Source: Sphagnum compactum (taxonomy: Eukaryota). Taken from it: DNA of 64,000 bases. Of this stretch, positions 1 through 11,924 are shown piece by piece. The stretch covers positions 10,540,001 to 10,604,000 of the forward strand of contig OZ234494.1 in assembly GCA_965153455.1 (NCBI GenBank). The letters run 5' to 3'. The number at the start of each line of letters is the position of its first letter. Within the stretch, counting starts at the first letter, position 1. The notes under the pieces were generated by a model that was given only the letters and a program-made list of their open reading frames with translations, made no database searches and was not told where the DNA came from. A program made the translations under genes and the position numbers.

Positions 1-1182
1 GGCACACAAGGGTATAAGTAGTCAGAGACGGGTATCAATACTGGTATCAAATACCAAACCAGTTGGGTATGACCTAAGTCTGGTACAAGTAAGTGGGAAC
101 TACGAAATTCTTACAAAAACCAAATAAGTAAATGGGGACCCAAACTCGTTTTATCCTGTCTTTCCTTTTTCCTGAGCGCCTCCAGTGCGGCTACATATAT
201 TTTCGCTGCTCCTACCTGTAAAACAACTACTGTAGTTACTGTCGAACCTTGTGCATTAAATGCTGAGTTTTCAGTGTTTCATATACTGAGATTTAATAAA
301 ATTTCCTTACTTTGCAGATGCCACTTGCCTAGATGTCTTTTTACCTTAGATAGTACAGCCTTGCTACCACAAACCCTCGACTTGTAGGTGTATATGATGA
401 GGGCCCAGAAACAGGCCATTCTGGATAAATGCAGGCCTGGCATCATGTGATTAGAGTCAAGTGCATGATAAGAATTCGTAGAACAGCCCCCTTTGAGATC
501 GATCTGGTAGAATTTTAAACGGCTGTGATATGATCCATTTGAGTCATGAGAGGAGCCATCTGCTGGTTCCACTTTTGGTATAGTCAGTTTCACACGTAAT
601 GTGAAGTGACATTGAAGAACATGCTCGAGATGTGATTCACAAAAAAGTGGGGGAAACACCCAGTTACGTTCTGGAAAATGCCCCTTTAGTAGAACTGGTT
701 ACCACCGAATGGAACAATGACCTGGTGGAACATACCAGACTGGCCACATTCCTCGGTGGAATATGGGTCCTACGACGACGTCGGTTCCATAGTAAATTCA
801 AAACCCACTTGCTTGCTTGAGATTCTTTATCTCATGTATTCCAGGCATGCCCACCTAACTAACGGAACAACAACAGCTTACCTCTACCAGTCTTGCCACA
901 TTCCGAGGTGGGATGCGTCTTACTAGGTCCCGTTCCATAGCACATTCCAAGCCCACTTGCTTGCACATATTCGAGACCCTGTGGCCATGGCTTCTAGGGC
1001 AAGTCCGCACCTACACTTCTTACCCGGGTTAAAAAGCCCCCAATATTTTGGGTTGTTTATGAAAAAAAAGTATAAATATTTTTTGTCCCAAGTGAAAATC
1101 AGAGTCTCTTTGAGTCCAAATTTAACTTTTATTGGGTTAAATATAGCCACTAATAAAAATTATATATATATATATAGTTGAC

Positions 1183-1266
1183 CCACTAAGAGGCCTCACT
1201 CAAGTGTCAGGATGAACCAGCACCCACATTTGGACCTTCACTTGTTTGAGTGAGGCCTCTTAGTGG
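1183..1266. repeat. Short foldback/MITE-like element with 21-bp perfect inverted repeats
   Basis: CCACTAAGAGGCCTCACTCAA (1183-1203) is the exact reverse complement of TTGAGTGAGGCCTCTTAGTGG (1246-1266), with a 42-nt spacer. Confidence 0.7.
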
Positions 1267-3262
1267 CCATTTTGCTTTTTTTTTTAAATAATAAATCTCA
1301 GGCAACATGGTCAAGGGAACTTTTTGGAAAATTTTGCAAAAAAATTGCCACATTTCAAGGAAGAAAGTTATGAAATTGGTCAAGATTTTTGGAGGATTTG
1401 GGCAATTTTTTTCTAACTTTTGAAATCGCCATATCTAGCTAATAGTTTTAGTGGTTCACCAACATGTAATAAGATTCCTAGATTTGTTACTTCTCAAATT
1501 TGTCTTGGCTAAATCAGATTTGGCTAAATCCTGTGATGGCTGATTATCACTTTTGAAGAAAAATGAGAAAATTGATGAAAAAAACTGCTTCCTATCACTG
1601 GAAAATGACCTATTAATTACCCTAACAAGTTGGGTAAAAGTCCCTCAAATAGGTAAAAACAAAGATGAAAAAATCCTCAACGATAAAATCTCCCCAACGT
1701 ATTCGTACCGACGAGAAGGAAAACGTAGCTGTAGCGTATGAAAATGGTATGTACAATTCCGCGTACATACTCCGTAGATTCTCTTCGCAGACTTTCCTGC
1801 CCGGGCGCCCGGATTCGTCGTCGTCGTCGTCGCACCGCCGCTCCTCCTCCTCGTCCCCACTTCGGCGCTCCTCCTCCTCTCGCAGTCGTCGCCAGGCACT
1901 CCCCCCCTCGTCACCCAGTCATCGCCTGGTGTAGGCCGTTAGCAGCCGCGTTGAATTTCGGGGGCGGTACAGCAGCAGCAGCAGCACAAGAAGAAAAAAG
2001 AAGGAAAGAGAAAAGAGAAAAAAGAAAAAAAAAACACAAGAAGAGAAGAAGAAGGACCGCCGTCGGTTGTACCTGTATCGCAAATGCGCTGCACTTCTCA
2101 GCATCATCATCCCTTGTACGTGCGCCCGCACATTGGCTCTACCGATACAGCTGGGGCAAGCTAGAACAACACTTGCAGCAGCTACATCGCGGCCTCCTCC
2201 TATCCTCTCGATCAATTGCATTTGATTCGATATCGCAACTCTGCATTGGGTGGTCTTTTGCTTTGGTTTTGGTACTGGTTTTTTTTTTTTTTTTTGGGTT
2301 TGTTTTTTGTTTTTTGGCCCCTGAGGTTTTCAGATTTGGATTTTGTAGCTCATGGGAATCATGATCATGTAGCTGCCGGACGTACTACTGCGATCCTCAC
2401 AATAATAGTTATGTAGTGTGCTTCAGTTTCGGGGTTTTGTGTCATCTTCCTGTTGTTTGTATTGGTGATGGGTTTGCAACGTCTCATCGAGGAGGAGGAG
2501 GACGACGACGACTACACCACTTCTTAGAAGCTCTTGGGAAGAAGAAGAAGGAAGGAAGAAGAAGAAGAAGAAGAAAGTGAAGCCCTAGTTGTAACCCTTC
2601 CCGCGTGTTCCTTCTTTTTTCCTTCACCAGGAACAGTACTTGTGAGCGGAACAAGCCCTGTTTTAGAAAAGCTCTCAGGGTGTTGTCTATCAAGCAAGCT
2701 CGGCGCGGGATACCATTTCAAGGAAAAAACCCCAACTGCCCATGATGTCAAACTAGAAGAAGTTCTGGTCTGGTTTTCGCCTCTGCTTCTTCTTCTTCTT
2801 CTTCTTCCCGTTCTTGAGTGACGGGGGTGGTGGTTGTAGAAAGCTGCTGCTGCTGTGCCAAGGAGGATTTCTACTCCCAAGTTCTCTCTCCAGCTGCTTT
2901 TTTTTTTCAAACCCCCCTTGTACCCACTGTTGTTGCATCAAAAGATCTTCTCACAAGAATGGGAGCATGCAGTGGATGTTTCAACTTGGACCCAAGAGCA
3001 ACTTTCGTTTTCTCTTCAACTTTTGTCTTGGATCCATGGCAATTCTAGCTGAGGTGACCTGGGTAGAAGCTGTGTTGCAGAGGACGAGGAGGAGGCCATT
3101 GTCGAAGAAGAAGAAACCCATTCCATTTTCATGTCGAAGAAGCTGAAATTTGATGATGCCGCCGCGGTTGACGATCAAGCCGGCAGTACTTTGGGGTGCA
3201 GCTGGTGGTGGTTCCAGCATCACTCAGAACTCTCATGCCCACAGATCATCTCCGAGAGGAAG

Positions 3263-6200
3263 ATGAGAGTACTTCTGCGCTCTCTCAGGAGAGGGACCAC
3301 CAGCTCCTCGTCAGCAGCTCCCACCAGCTCCCATCAAGTAGAAGCTGAAGGTGGCGCTGTTGCTTCGCCACCCGTGTTTCGCAACTCTAGTCCCTCTGTA
3401 AGACGGACGGGTAGCTCTCTTAGACTCTTGGCTAGTAAAGAAGGTCGATCAGGAGTCACCTTGTTAGGCAGCAAGTGGAAATCATACTACTTCTCAGCCC
3501 GGCGATGGTTGCCATGGCTGGTTCTGATTTGTTTGTGGAGCTATATCGGGTTTCACATGCAGACAAGATGGGTTGGGTGGGAGCTGGAGCCAGAGGAGAT
3601 GGTGAAACTAGAGACAATCAATGATCAAAGTTCCAGAACCTCATTGACAATTACTGCTTCTTCTTCTTCTTCTTCACTCGATTCAAACAACTCTGAAGCT
3701 GTTGCAAATGAGGATTTGTCTGGTGTAGTAGTAGGAGCTGGCCATGAGGAGAAATTGAGCTTCAAGACATGGCTGTTCAACTGGATATCATGGCGGCGGC
3801 GGTGGCAGCAACTGCTCAACCAACAAATTTTAGCCAAGGTGGTAGTGGAACAACAAGATGATCGAAGGGCAAAAGCTGTTGGTGAAAAGGAAACCTTACC
3901 ATGGAGGTGGAGGGCAGGGGAAAAAGGTGAAGGAGGAGTGGTTGCCAATGGTGATTTGCCAAGAGAACATCCTTTTCAACAGCAAAATGGTGATCATGCC
4001 CATGAAGTGATCAAGCTAATATCTTCAGATGAGAGTCTGGAAAGCAGCTCTGGAGAGGATGATGTGAGGAACGAGACAGAATGGTTTGTTGGAGATGGCA
4101 CTGGCATTGATTTGCAGCCAAAGAAGGCAGCTGCTGTTGCAGGTGAAGATGGAGGTACATTGGGTAACATGCAGGGAGAAGTTCTGCTTCAAAAGCATAA
4201 CAGCTCTCGGGGTGGGAGATTAGTGGGCCCATTTGATGGCATTATTGAGAGGCAAGTTCCAGGGTTGCTGCTGAGGCAGATGCTGCCACGGCAAAGGAGC
4301 TGGATGTGCAAACGAGAGGGACTTTTTCCAGAATTTGTGAAAGGGAAGAACATTGTTGTTGTGTTTCATGAGCTTTCGATGACAGGAGCTCCTCTGGCAA
4401 TGTTGGAATTAGCGAGTGAGATGGTTAGATGTGGAGGGAAGGTGTCGGCTGTTGTACTGAATAAGAAAGGTGGCCTTTACAAAGAGCTCCTCAGCAGGGG
4501 TGTTTTTGTGCTGCGAGACAAGTTTTCTTTCAGCTGGAAGGCAGCAGCCAAGGCTGATTTGGTGATAGCTGGATCAGCTGCTTGCAACACATGGATTGGT
4601 ACAATGAGATTCCAGTGTTATTATTCCACTTTTCTAAAAAATTTGTATCTGCTGTTTCTGGGACTGAGTTGGTGCACAACCTTTTTCTCATGCAATTTTC
4701 TGATCATAACGGTTTTCATATGGCCTTTTCTGCCTCTTTTTTAGTCTTTTTAGTCCCCTTGTGAGGCACGATGGATATTTCTTCTGGGTCTTCTACTTGA
4801 CCTAACCAGTGTTCAAAATCAACATGCCCATTGTAAAATTCCACATGCCCACTGTGTAAATCCACATGCCCAGTGTGCAGATCATGAAAACCATTATGTT
4901 ATGGAATGTGTTGGGTACAGGCCGTTGTGCCTGTTTCACCTCACCTGGCACATTCCATAATACAATATCTTAGAGCCCAATAGTGTCTAATAGTGTCCAG
5001 ATTGATGGCAAAAAGAGAGTACAAATGAAACTGTCAGGTGGCAGAATGCACAGTTGCAGATTTGGCCAGCTGACTGGTGACCTGGTCGTTGGGTCAATAT
5101 GCAGGGCAGTACTTACATTTCAATAAGAAAGGCTCAGAACGACTCATATGGTGGGTGATGGAGAATAGGCGTGAGTATTTTGACAGAGCAAAACTATTGC
5201 TGGGGAAGGCACGTGCACTGGTGTTTCTATCTGAGACTCAGGAGCAGCTGTGGCGGAACTGGGCATCTCAGGAAGCTTTGTCCCTGCCTTCTATAGTGGC
5301 TATTGTTGGCCTCTCTGTCAGTGATGACCTTGCAGCTGTTGCAGGCCTGGCTCATTCAACTGGGCTATCTCATGATGGTAAGCGACCATGCCGTCCAAAA
5401 CTACTTGCCCAAAATGAAACTGGGATTTGTCTGTTACCCAGTCTTCAATTTCTCATGAGGTGGCTACCACACTTCTTTTGATTGCCTCTCCATTTTTAGT
5501 AGTCATGGTGGATTTAGCACATGAGGCTTTGTTTGGGCAATCTTTCCATTCCTGAAAGAAAAGAGAAGCGCCAACTATAAATAGCTAGCACCCATGTTTG
5601 GCTTTTGTTTTTCATTCCGAAGCTCTTGCCAAATTTGTAACTGGGTGTCAGTTTGTCCATCACTTTTGGCCAATAGGGAACAAGGAGGACAAGAAAAGTT
5701 TGAAGGCTGAGAGGAGCAGACTTGACCTCCGAAACAAAGTTCGGAGAGAGATGGGATTAGACTCGACAGATTTCCTTGTTGTTGCTTTGAGCAGCATTAA
5801 CCCAGGAAAGGGGCAGCTTATGCTGATACAAGCAGCATTGATGGTGGAGGAGGGCATTGAGGATGAAGGCCTTGAAGGGTTGAGGCATGTGGATCCAATC
5901 AGTCTGGATGAATCTGGATCCACTGGCAGCAGTGGGAATGCTCTCCGTAAGCTCTTTGGCCTTCGAATGAGTGTGAATCACTTGCTTGGTCGATTGCGTC
6001 TTGAGAAAGAGATGGAGAAAGCGAGGAAAGAGAAGGAAGGAGGAGACAGCTCTTATACAAAGGCTGAGATTCCTGGTAAGTGCTGTAAATACACAAGGTC
6101 AAAAGTATTGTATAAAATGCAAATTCAGTTCAGACAACCTGTAGTCCTTATTGTCCAAGTCTTTCACTTTGAAGAAGACTTAGAAACTTAAATGGATCAT

Positions 6201-7779
6201 GCAACGGTTGGCATAGGTCTCATGGAAAGGAGAGTTCTGCTAAGGGAACAACCAGAGGGACAAGCTAGCAATCGCAGTTTGAAGATACTGTTGGGCTCAG
6301 TGGGATCAAAGAGCAATAAGCCTGCATATTTGGAGAGAATATATGGGTTATTAGACCGTCACCCACGACTGGCAAACATGGTGTTATGGACCCCAGCAAC
6401 AGTTCATGTCTCTCCTCTCTATGTGGCTGCAGATGCCTATGTGATGAATGCTCAGGTATGGTTTTTTGGAAGTATTGACACTGACATTGTTATTACCAGT
6501 GTTGAGAGGTTCTCTCTTTTCGGAACCTGGATCTGGTGGGTAGGGTAGGGTATTTATATACCCTTGAGCGGAGGTTGATCAAAAGTCAAAGGATTGGTTC
6601 TGACCCTTGTCATCAGTTCTTTAAAATCATAGAACCCGATTTTGACATTTTGGCCCTTTACTGGGGTTCTACAAAATCAAAGAACTGGTTCAAGAACCTA
6701 TCCTAAACTGCCATTTTTATGCCGGTTCTTTCATGAAAACTGCCAATTCCTGGAGCCAGAGGTTCTTTTGATTCTGGAAATATTTAAAAACCAGAACTGG
6801 AGGTTCGGTGATTCTGAAAATTTTCCAAAACCAGAACTGGAGATTTCTTGATATCTGAAATTTTAGAAACCCAGAATTAGAGTTTATTACCAAAGTCAAA
6901 GAACTGCAGAACACTGGTTGTCACAGTCCATCCCCTTCAGCGAATTCTAATCCTTCAGACTTCTCAATTGATCCAGTTCTATCTTAAGAGTGGCGATGAA
7001 GGAAACCAATAAGATGTGTTCCAAAGTTTGAGAGTTTTAGTTCAATACATGGATTCTAACTGAGAAGTGAACCATGAATACTGAATGCTGAGCTAAACTG
7101 TAGGGGATTGCGATGTGCTAACCAGAATCTGTTAACCCTAAACAAAGTGTGAACAGTTTGTTATGAAGATTTTTCTCCCACCCAGGAAATGACATAATTT
7201 GTTCTGGCTTGCAGGGCATAGGAGAGACATTTGGGAGGGTGACTATTGAAGCTATGGCCTTTGGTCTACCGGTATTCCCCCATCTCCTTGTACTTTCCCC
7301 TCCTTTGGCACAAATTGTCTACCAAGCCAGAACACTGGAATATATAAACTCTTCTCTCATTATGAGTTTTGCAGTGACTTTATTAGATTTGCAAGTGAAC
7401 TAATCATGCATGGAAATATGAACTTATGAGCACGCACTTGTGTGCTCCTTGGAAACATAGTAGCAACATTCCAACAGTGGCATCTCAGAGGGCAAAAAAG
7501 TCATGCAAATGTTTTGACAATTTGCAGGTACTAGGAACGGATGCAGGAGGGACGAAAGAGATATTGGAATCAAATGTGACGGGTGTCTTCCATCCTGTAG
7601 GAAAAGTGGGCATCCCAGTGTTAGCTCGCCACCTCCGGTGGTTACTAGATCACCCAGATTTGGGGATTCAAATGGGTGAGAAGGGAAGGGAGAGAGTAAG
7701 CAAAATGTTTAGAGAAGGGCCCATGTATGACAAACTTGCCAGGATTTTCATTGATTGTGTGCGGGAGCAGGGAGGCTGA
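3263..7779 (+). CDS. GT4-type (glycosyl transferase group 1) type-II membrane glycosyltransferase, similar to the Arabidopsis At3g15940/At1g52420 family; about 851 aa, 6 exons
   Basis: Exons 3263-4598, 5105-5377, 5677-6075, 6217-6455, 7215-7271, 7528-7779; all introns GT-AG; total 2556 nt. N-terminal TM segment WLPWLVLICLWSYIGF; motifs FHELSMTGAPLAMLELA, LSSINPGKGQ and the GT4 E-x7-E motif ETFGRVTIEAMAFGLPVLGTDAGG. An in-frame upstream ATG at 3131 is an alternative start. Confidence 0.9.
4899..4960. repeat. Intronic hairpin (MITE-like remnant) in glycosyltransferase intron 1
   Basis: 12-bp perfect stem TTATGGAATGTG/CACATTCCATAA, extended by TTGGGT/ACCTGG (wobble pairs) and inner ACAGGC/GCCTGT. 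It is preceded by three ~22-bp CACATGCCCA-type tandem units at about 4815-4880. Confidence 0.55.
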
Positions 7780-8060
7780 TGCACTCTCTTTTCCATATAT
7801 CATGTTGTATTCTTCTGTCTGAAAAGTTTTATCGTATTGTCAAACAGGGTCATTGCCAGGTTTGAGCACTGTGTTTTGAATTGAGTTTCATTCCTTGTGA
7901 GATTTTACATACATGGTTTTTGTGGGTTTTTGGAGTAGAGGAACTTTGTTTGAACAGAGTTCTGTGAAGATTTGATTTGTCTTTTCAAATTGATGCACCA
8001 AATTTCCACTCTGCACGGGCATGTTGCAGGATGAAAACAAGAAAGTAGGGAGTAAAGATT

Positions 8061-8110
8061 CCAAGACCTACTAACATTGGCCAAGGCCTAGTAGGTCTTG
8101 GCCAATGTTA
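8061..8110. repeat. Overlapping inverted repeats / near-perfect 39-nt palindrome between convergent genes
   Basis: 8061-8073 pairs with 8089-8101, and 8072-8085 pairs with 8097-8110. Confidence 0.8.
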
Positions 8111-8751
8111 TCACTGCTTGTTGAAATGTTTTTAATTTGCATTTGGGTTGAAAGAGAAACCCGCTCATTGATTCATCTTCTTGACAGCCAACTTTCTTGC
8201 CTAAATATCTCATATATCAATGAAATCTTCAACTTGAATTCTGCCACGCCTAGCAACACTACAATAATAGCCTGATTGTCTGAAATTTTACTATGTAATT
8301 GTCCCAGGACTAGAATTCTGCCACACCTAGCAACACTACAATAACATAACTGGAAGCAATTAGCAAAAATTGGAACAAATTCATTGATTTCACATGCTGT
8401 TTTACAAGTGGAATGTTTCTTTTCCGGGAGAAGTGCATCGAAGCATTGTTCAACCAAGTCCATTATAGTGTGTAATCATCGGAGGGCTGAAGATACTGCG
8501 GTAGGTACCTAGCAGCGCTACGATAATGTAACTGGTAGAAGCAAATTCTGGACGGAAAAATAAGCTACGAAACCATCGCGAAACAAGACGGAAGCAAATT
8601 CTCGACGGCAAAATGTGCTACGCAACTATGGAGAAACAAAACGCAACATCAACTCTCGAGAAATGGTCGCAGACGAAAATTCAGAGTTAGAAATCCACGT
8701 CTCGCTGCCTGTGTTGGCGAGGATTCTGAAAAATTCGAGTTGAGCGTAATT

Positions 8752-9529
8752 TCATTCTTGCTTCTCATCTTTTGTGGCTATGGTGGTAAATTCAGCTTGC
8801 GCAGTGACGGTGGGATTAGTTGGAATTGAGCTTCCATTAGCTGCTGCAACAGATTTCTGTCCAGCAGCTGGACCGCCGATTTCGATACTTTGAGTCCGTG
8901 GCCGTTTTGGGTGCTCTTTCTCGATTTTGGGTACTGTCACAGTGAGCACTCCATTGTCGACTTTGGCTTTGATTTGTTCTAGATTTGCATCCTCAGGTAG
9001 CTTGAAGGAACGCATGAAATTGGATCTGGTACGCTCTACACAGTGCCAAGTATCGCTTTCTTTCACTTCCTCCTTGTTGCGCTCGCCACTGATCCGCAGA
9101 GTACGACTGTCGTGTATCTCAACCTTGATCTCCTCTTTGTTCAAACCTGTGAGTTATACATGGGCATATATATGGAATCAGCAAGTAATCTATGTGAAGT
9201 AAACATGAAGAACTCTTCATTACAGTGAGACGCATATCCAGCTGAGGACCTTGGATTTTGTGGCATACAAACATGAAAGGTCTCATGAGCGAAGAAGCTG
9301 TAAAACACATACCTGGCAGGTCAGCCTTGATAACATGTGCTTCCGGAGTCTCTACCCAGTCCACCAGTGTACCCTGGGAAACGGCCATGACGTCCCTAGT
9401 CGACCTTGGGAAACGCTCGAAAAATGACGGAATAGTGTCCAAGTCGAATGGCATTGGATCGAAGATGCAGTTATTCAACAGCCCTGTAGGACGTGTCACC
9501 TGCTGCAATTTCCATGGTGCAAGTGCCAT
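8752..9529 (-). CDS. Small heat-shock protein (HSP20/alpha-crystallin domain), cytosolic class-I-like, 203 aa, one intron, ~40-aa C-terminal extension
   Basis: Exons 9529-9313 and 9146-8752 (612 nt) with a GT-AG intron at 9312-9147. The spliced product reads VDWVETPEAHVIKADLPG|LNKEEIKVEI...LRISGER...WHCVER...FMRSFKLPEDA...AKVDNGVLTVTVPK...SIEIG. Confidence 0.92.
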
Positions 9530-9806
9530 ATTGTTACTTGCGGAAAGAGTGTAGTACTCTTAGAAAGAAGTGGTCGCCAAATGATGTTACCCAATGTAGC
9601 CCGATCGAGCTCCTGAAGCAAGATACTGCAAACGAGAACTTCAACCGCAGGTAGGTCTTTGACGAGATATTCAAGCTTTCAACTGCAGACTGAAAGATCG
9701 AAAATTGCTCACTCTCGATTACAATAGGATGTGCTATGACGACACAGCGATAGAAGAGAACGGATAAAAACTCTTTGAATTACTACTGGGAGTTGGTTGC
9801 AACGAT

Positions 9807-9813
9807 ATTTATA
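9807..9813 (-). promoter_or_regulatory. TATA box of the sHSP gene
   Basis: TATAAAT on the minus strand, about 280 bp upstream of the ATG and between the HSE array and the CDS. Confidence 0.6.
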
Positions 9814-9944
9814 CGGACTTGGAGAGCACAGACACGCGATCGGAGGAAGAAAAGACACAATCGAAGAAGGCTCCAGACGCACACACCAGAACTCGAAGGA
9901 TCGAGAAGCGCGCTGTCCTTTCCGCTGTGCGGAACTGTCATTCG

Positions 9945-10387
9945 GGTCTAGAACATTCTGGACCTTTCGAGCAAATTCTGGATTTCCAAGGTATTCTCTG
10001 CATATTTTTCTGCATGGCATCAGGCAGTTAATGGACAATAGTCTGGACACAAACTTGAGCACATTTCTGCATTCCCAGGATTTCTGCAAATTTCAATTAC
10101 ATTCTGGACATAATTGGTAGGTATACTTGGAATCAATGAGTGCATTCCAGAGGCATTATTGCAGGAAATTGTCAGTGTGGTAGGGTTCAGAACATTCTGA
10201 ATTCTACTGAGTACTTTCTAGAATCAACTATCTAGTAATCTGAATGGAGAACCAGTAAAATTAAGAAAAAGCTTATGACTTTTGGCAGATGATTCTGAGA
10301 ATTCACAGTGCAGGGCTAGAACATTCTGGACACAAGGAGTACATTCTGAAGTCGATTAAGATGTAATGTGCCTACAATCTTCTGGAA
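9945..10387. promoter_or_regulatory. Heat-shock element (nGAAn inverted pentamer) array
   Basis: In 5-bp register from 9946: gTC, GAA, TTC, GAc, TTC, GcA, TTC, GAt. Further GAAnnTTC at 10190-10197 and 10319-10326, and TTCnnGAA at 10216-10223 and 10380-10387. The unit AGAACATTCTG recurs three times. Confidence 0.8.
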
Positions 10388-11924
10388 TCGGAATGAGTCG
10401 ATTAAGATGTAATGTGCCTACAAATGTTTTGAAAAGCAGAAATCTTTTCATTGGTATTCTTTCTAATTTCATTACAGCTTCGCAAATATTGTGTTGGAGG
10501 TTTGTACTAATTAATTTAATTCATGTTTTGTATGGAATCTTATGAAGAAATCTGTTGTTTTGTTGCTATAAATCAGAAGTAAAGAGTGCAATTTCTGGAC
10601 TGTTTCTTACAGACAGATTGATATTGGTTTTCCGATTCTTTTTGTTCAAGTTTCTATGTGTGCTATCATGGAGAGCATTTTGATGGCGTGGGATGATATT
10701 TCACAAAGGTATGTTTTCTTGGTTATAGATCATAATTTTCTCTGGAATTGTACTTTGATTTGTAATTTGTGACAGTCCACTGTGATCAACGCCCTGTATT
10801 GCCGAAGGTTCTCAGCATACCTTGGAGAGAGCAAAGCTTTACACAGAACAGATGAAGAAATTCTAATTTTGTTTAGTAAAGTTTACAAGTAAGGACATTT
10901 ATTGTAAACAAAGTTGTATTCTTCAACCTTTCATACATATTCTTGAAATTTTCATAAATCATGATTCATAGTTTATACATTTGCTTAAAACCTGTTGATT
11001 TTTCAATTTTATTGTTTTTTCTTGACATGGAACGTAAAACAGTACCACACAAAACCAGTAAAAAAAAATGCAAAGGTCATCATATGGAGTGTGATAAGAT
11101 CCGAAACTTAGAATATTTTTAGGTTGTCAATGGTTGAAAAGCTTCGATGCAAGAGTTTCACCCTAGAAGTTCCCAATTACTGCAACATTCCATGAAGCTC
11201 AAGAACAACCAGTCTCTATTTGTGTAGCCTCATGTGTGGCACATTGCACATCATATGTCTTTGGACAAAGAAACTTTGGCAATGGAATTCATGGCTTGTT
11301 TGAAGAAAGAAACATGGACAAAGAAACTTTTGTAGTTTGAACTTACTAGCAGCTTTAAAGTTCCAGCACCTTTTTTAAGAACATGGTCACAAGCTTGAAA
11401 CCCCCTTCAGGGCCTGGATATGGTAGTAAGAAGAACAAATCATGATTTGAAAATTTTCTCTTACAACTTTGCAATTAGACTTTTCTCAAACAAGTGAAAA
11501 AAGATTCAAAGTTATAACTAAAAGTTGCAAGTCTAGTTCTTAAAAAGAATGCAAATTTTGCATTTATTCTACACCTACAACTCAACACATATGTTGGCGA
11601 AGATTCAAAAGCCATACAATGATCTTGAAAATTAATATAGCTCCCAAAACAAAAGAAGTCGAATGAAAAACAAAAAACAAATATGCTCGTTCAAAAGCAC
11701 ATGCAAATAATGTATGTCCAAACTTGCTTTCACCAACCACCAAGAAGACATGAGAAGAAATTTCAATGCTACAGAAAAGGCCAGCTTTTTTCTTTAGGTT
11801 AAGGAAGAAGGAAAAAGGGTTAGGTGGAGGGATTTAGGTGAAAAGGAGAAAAAGCTGGTTGATTTTGATTTTGATTGTTTTAGGGTTAGGGTTTCATGCA
11901 TTGAATGATGGTGCTCAAGAGCGT

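Noticed and set aside
1665..2364. Ser/Arg- and Lys-rich ORFs (89 and 208 aa)
   Set aside because: They arise from trinucleotide and A-rich simple repeats in a probable 5' leader; no recognisable domain.
8752..8770. sHSP C-terminus KDEKQE resembling an ER-retention signal (KQEL/KDEL)
   Set aside because: It lacks the terminal Leu and the protein has no signal peptide, so ER class is not supported.
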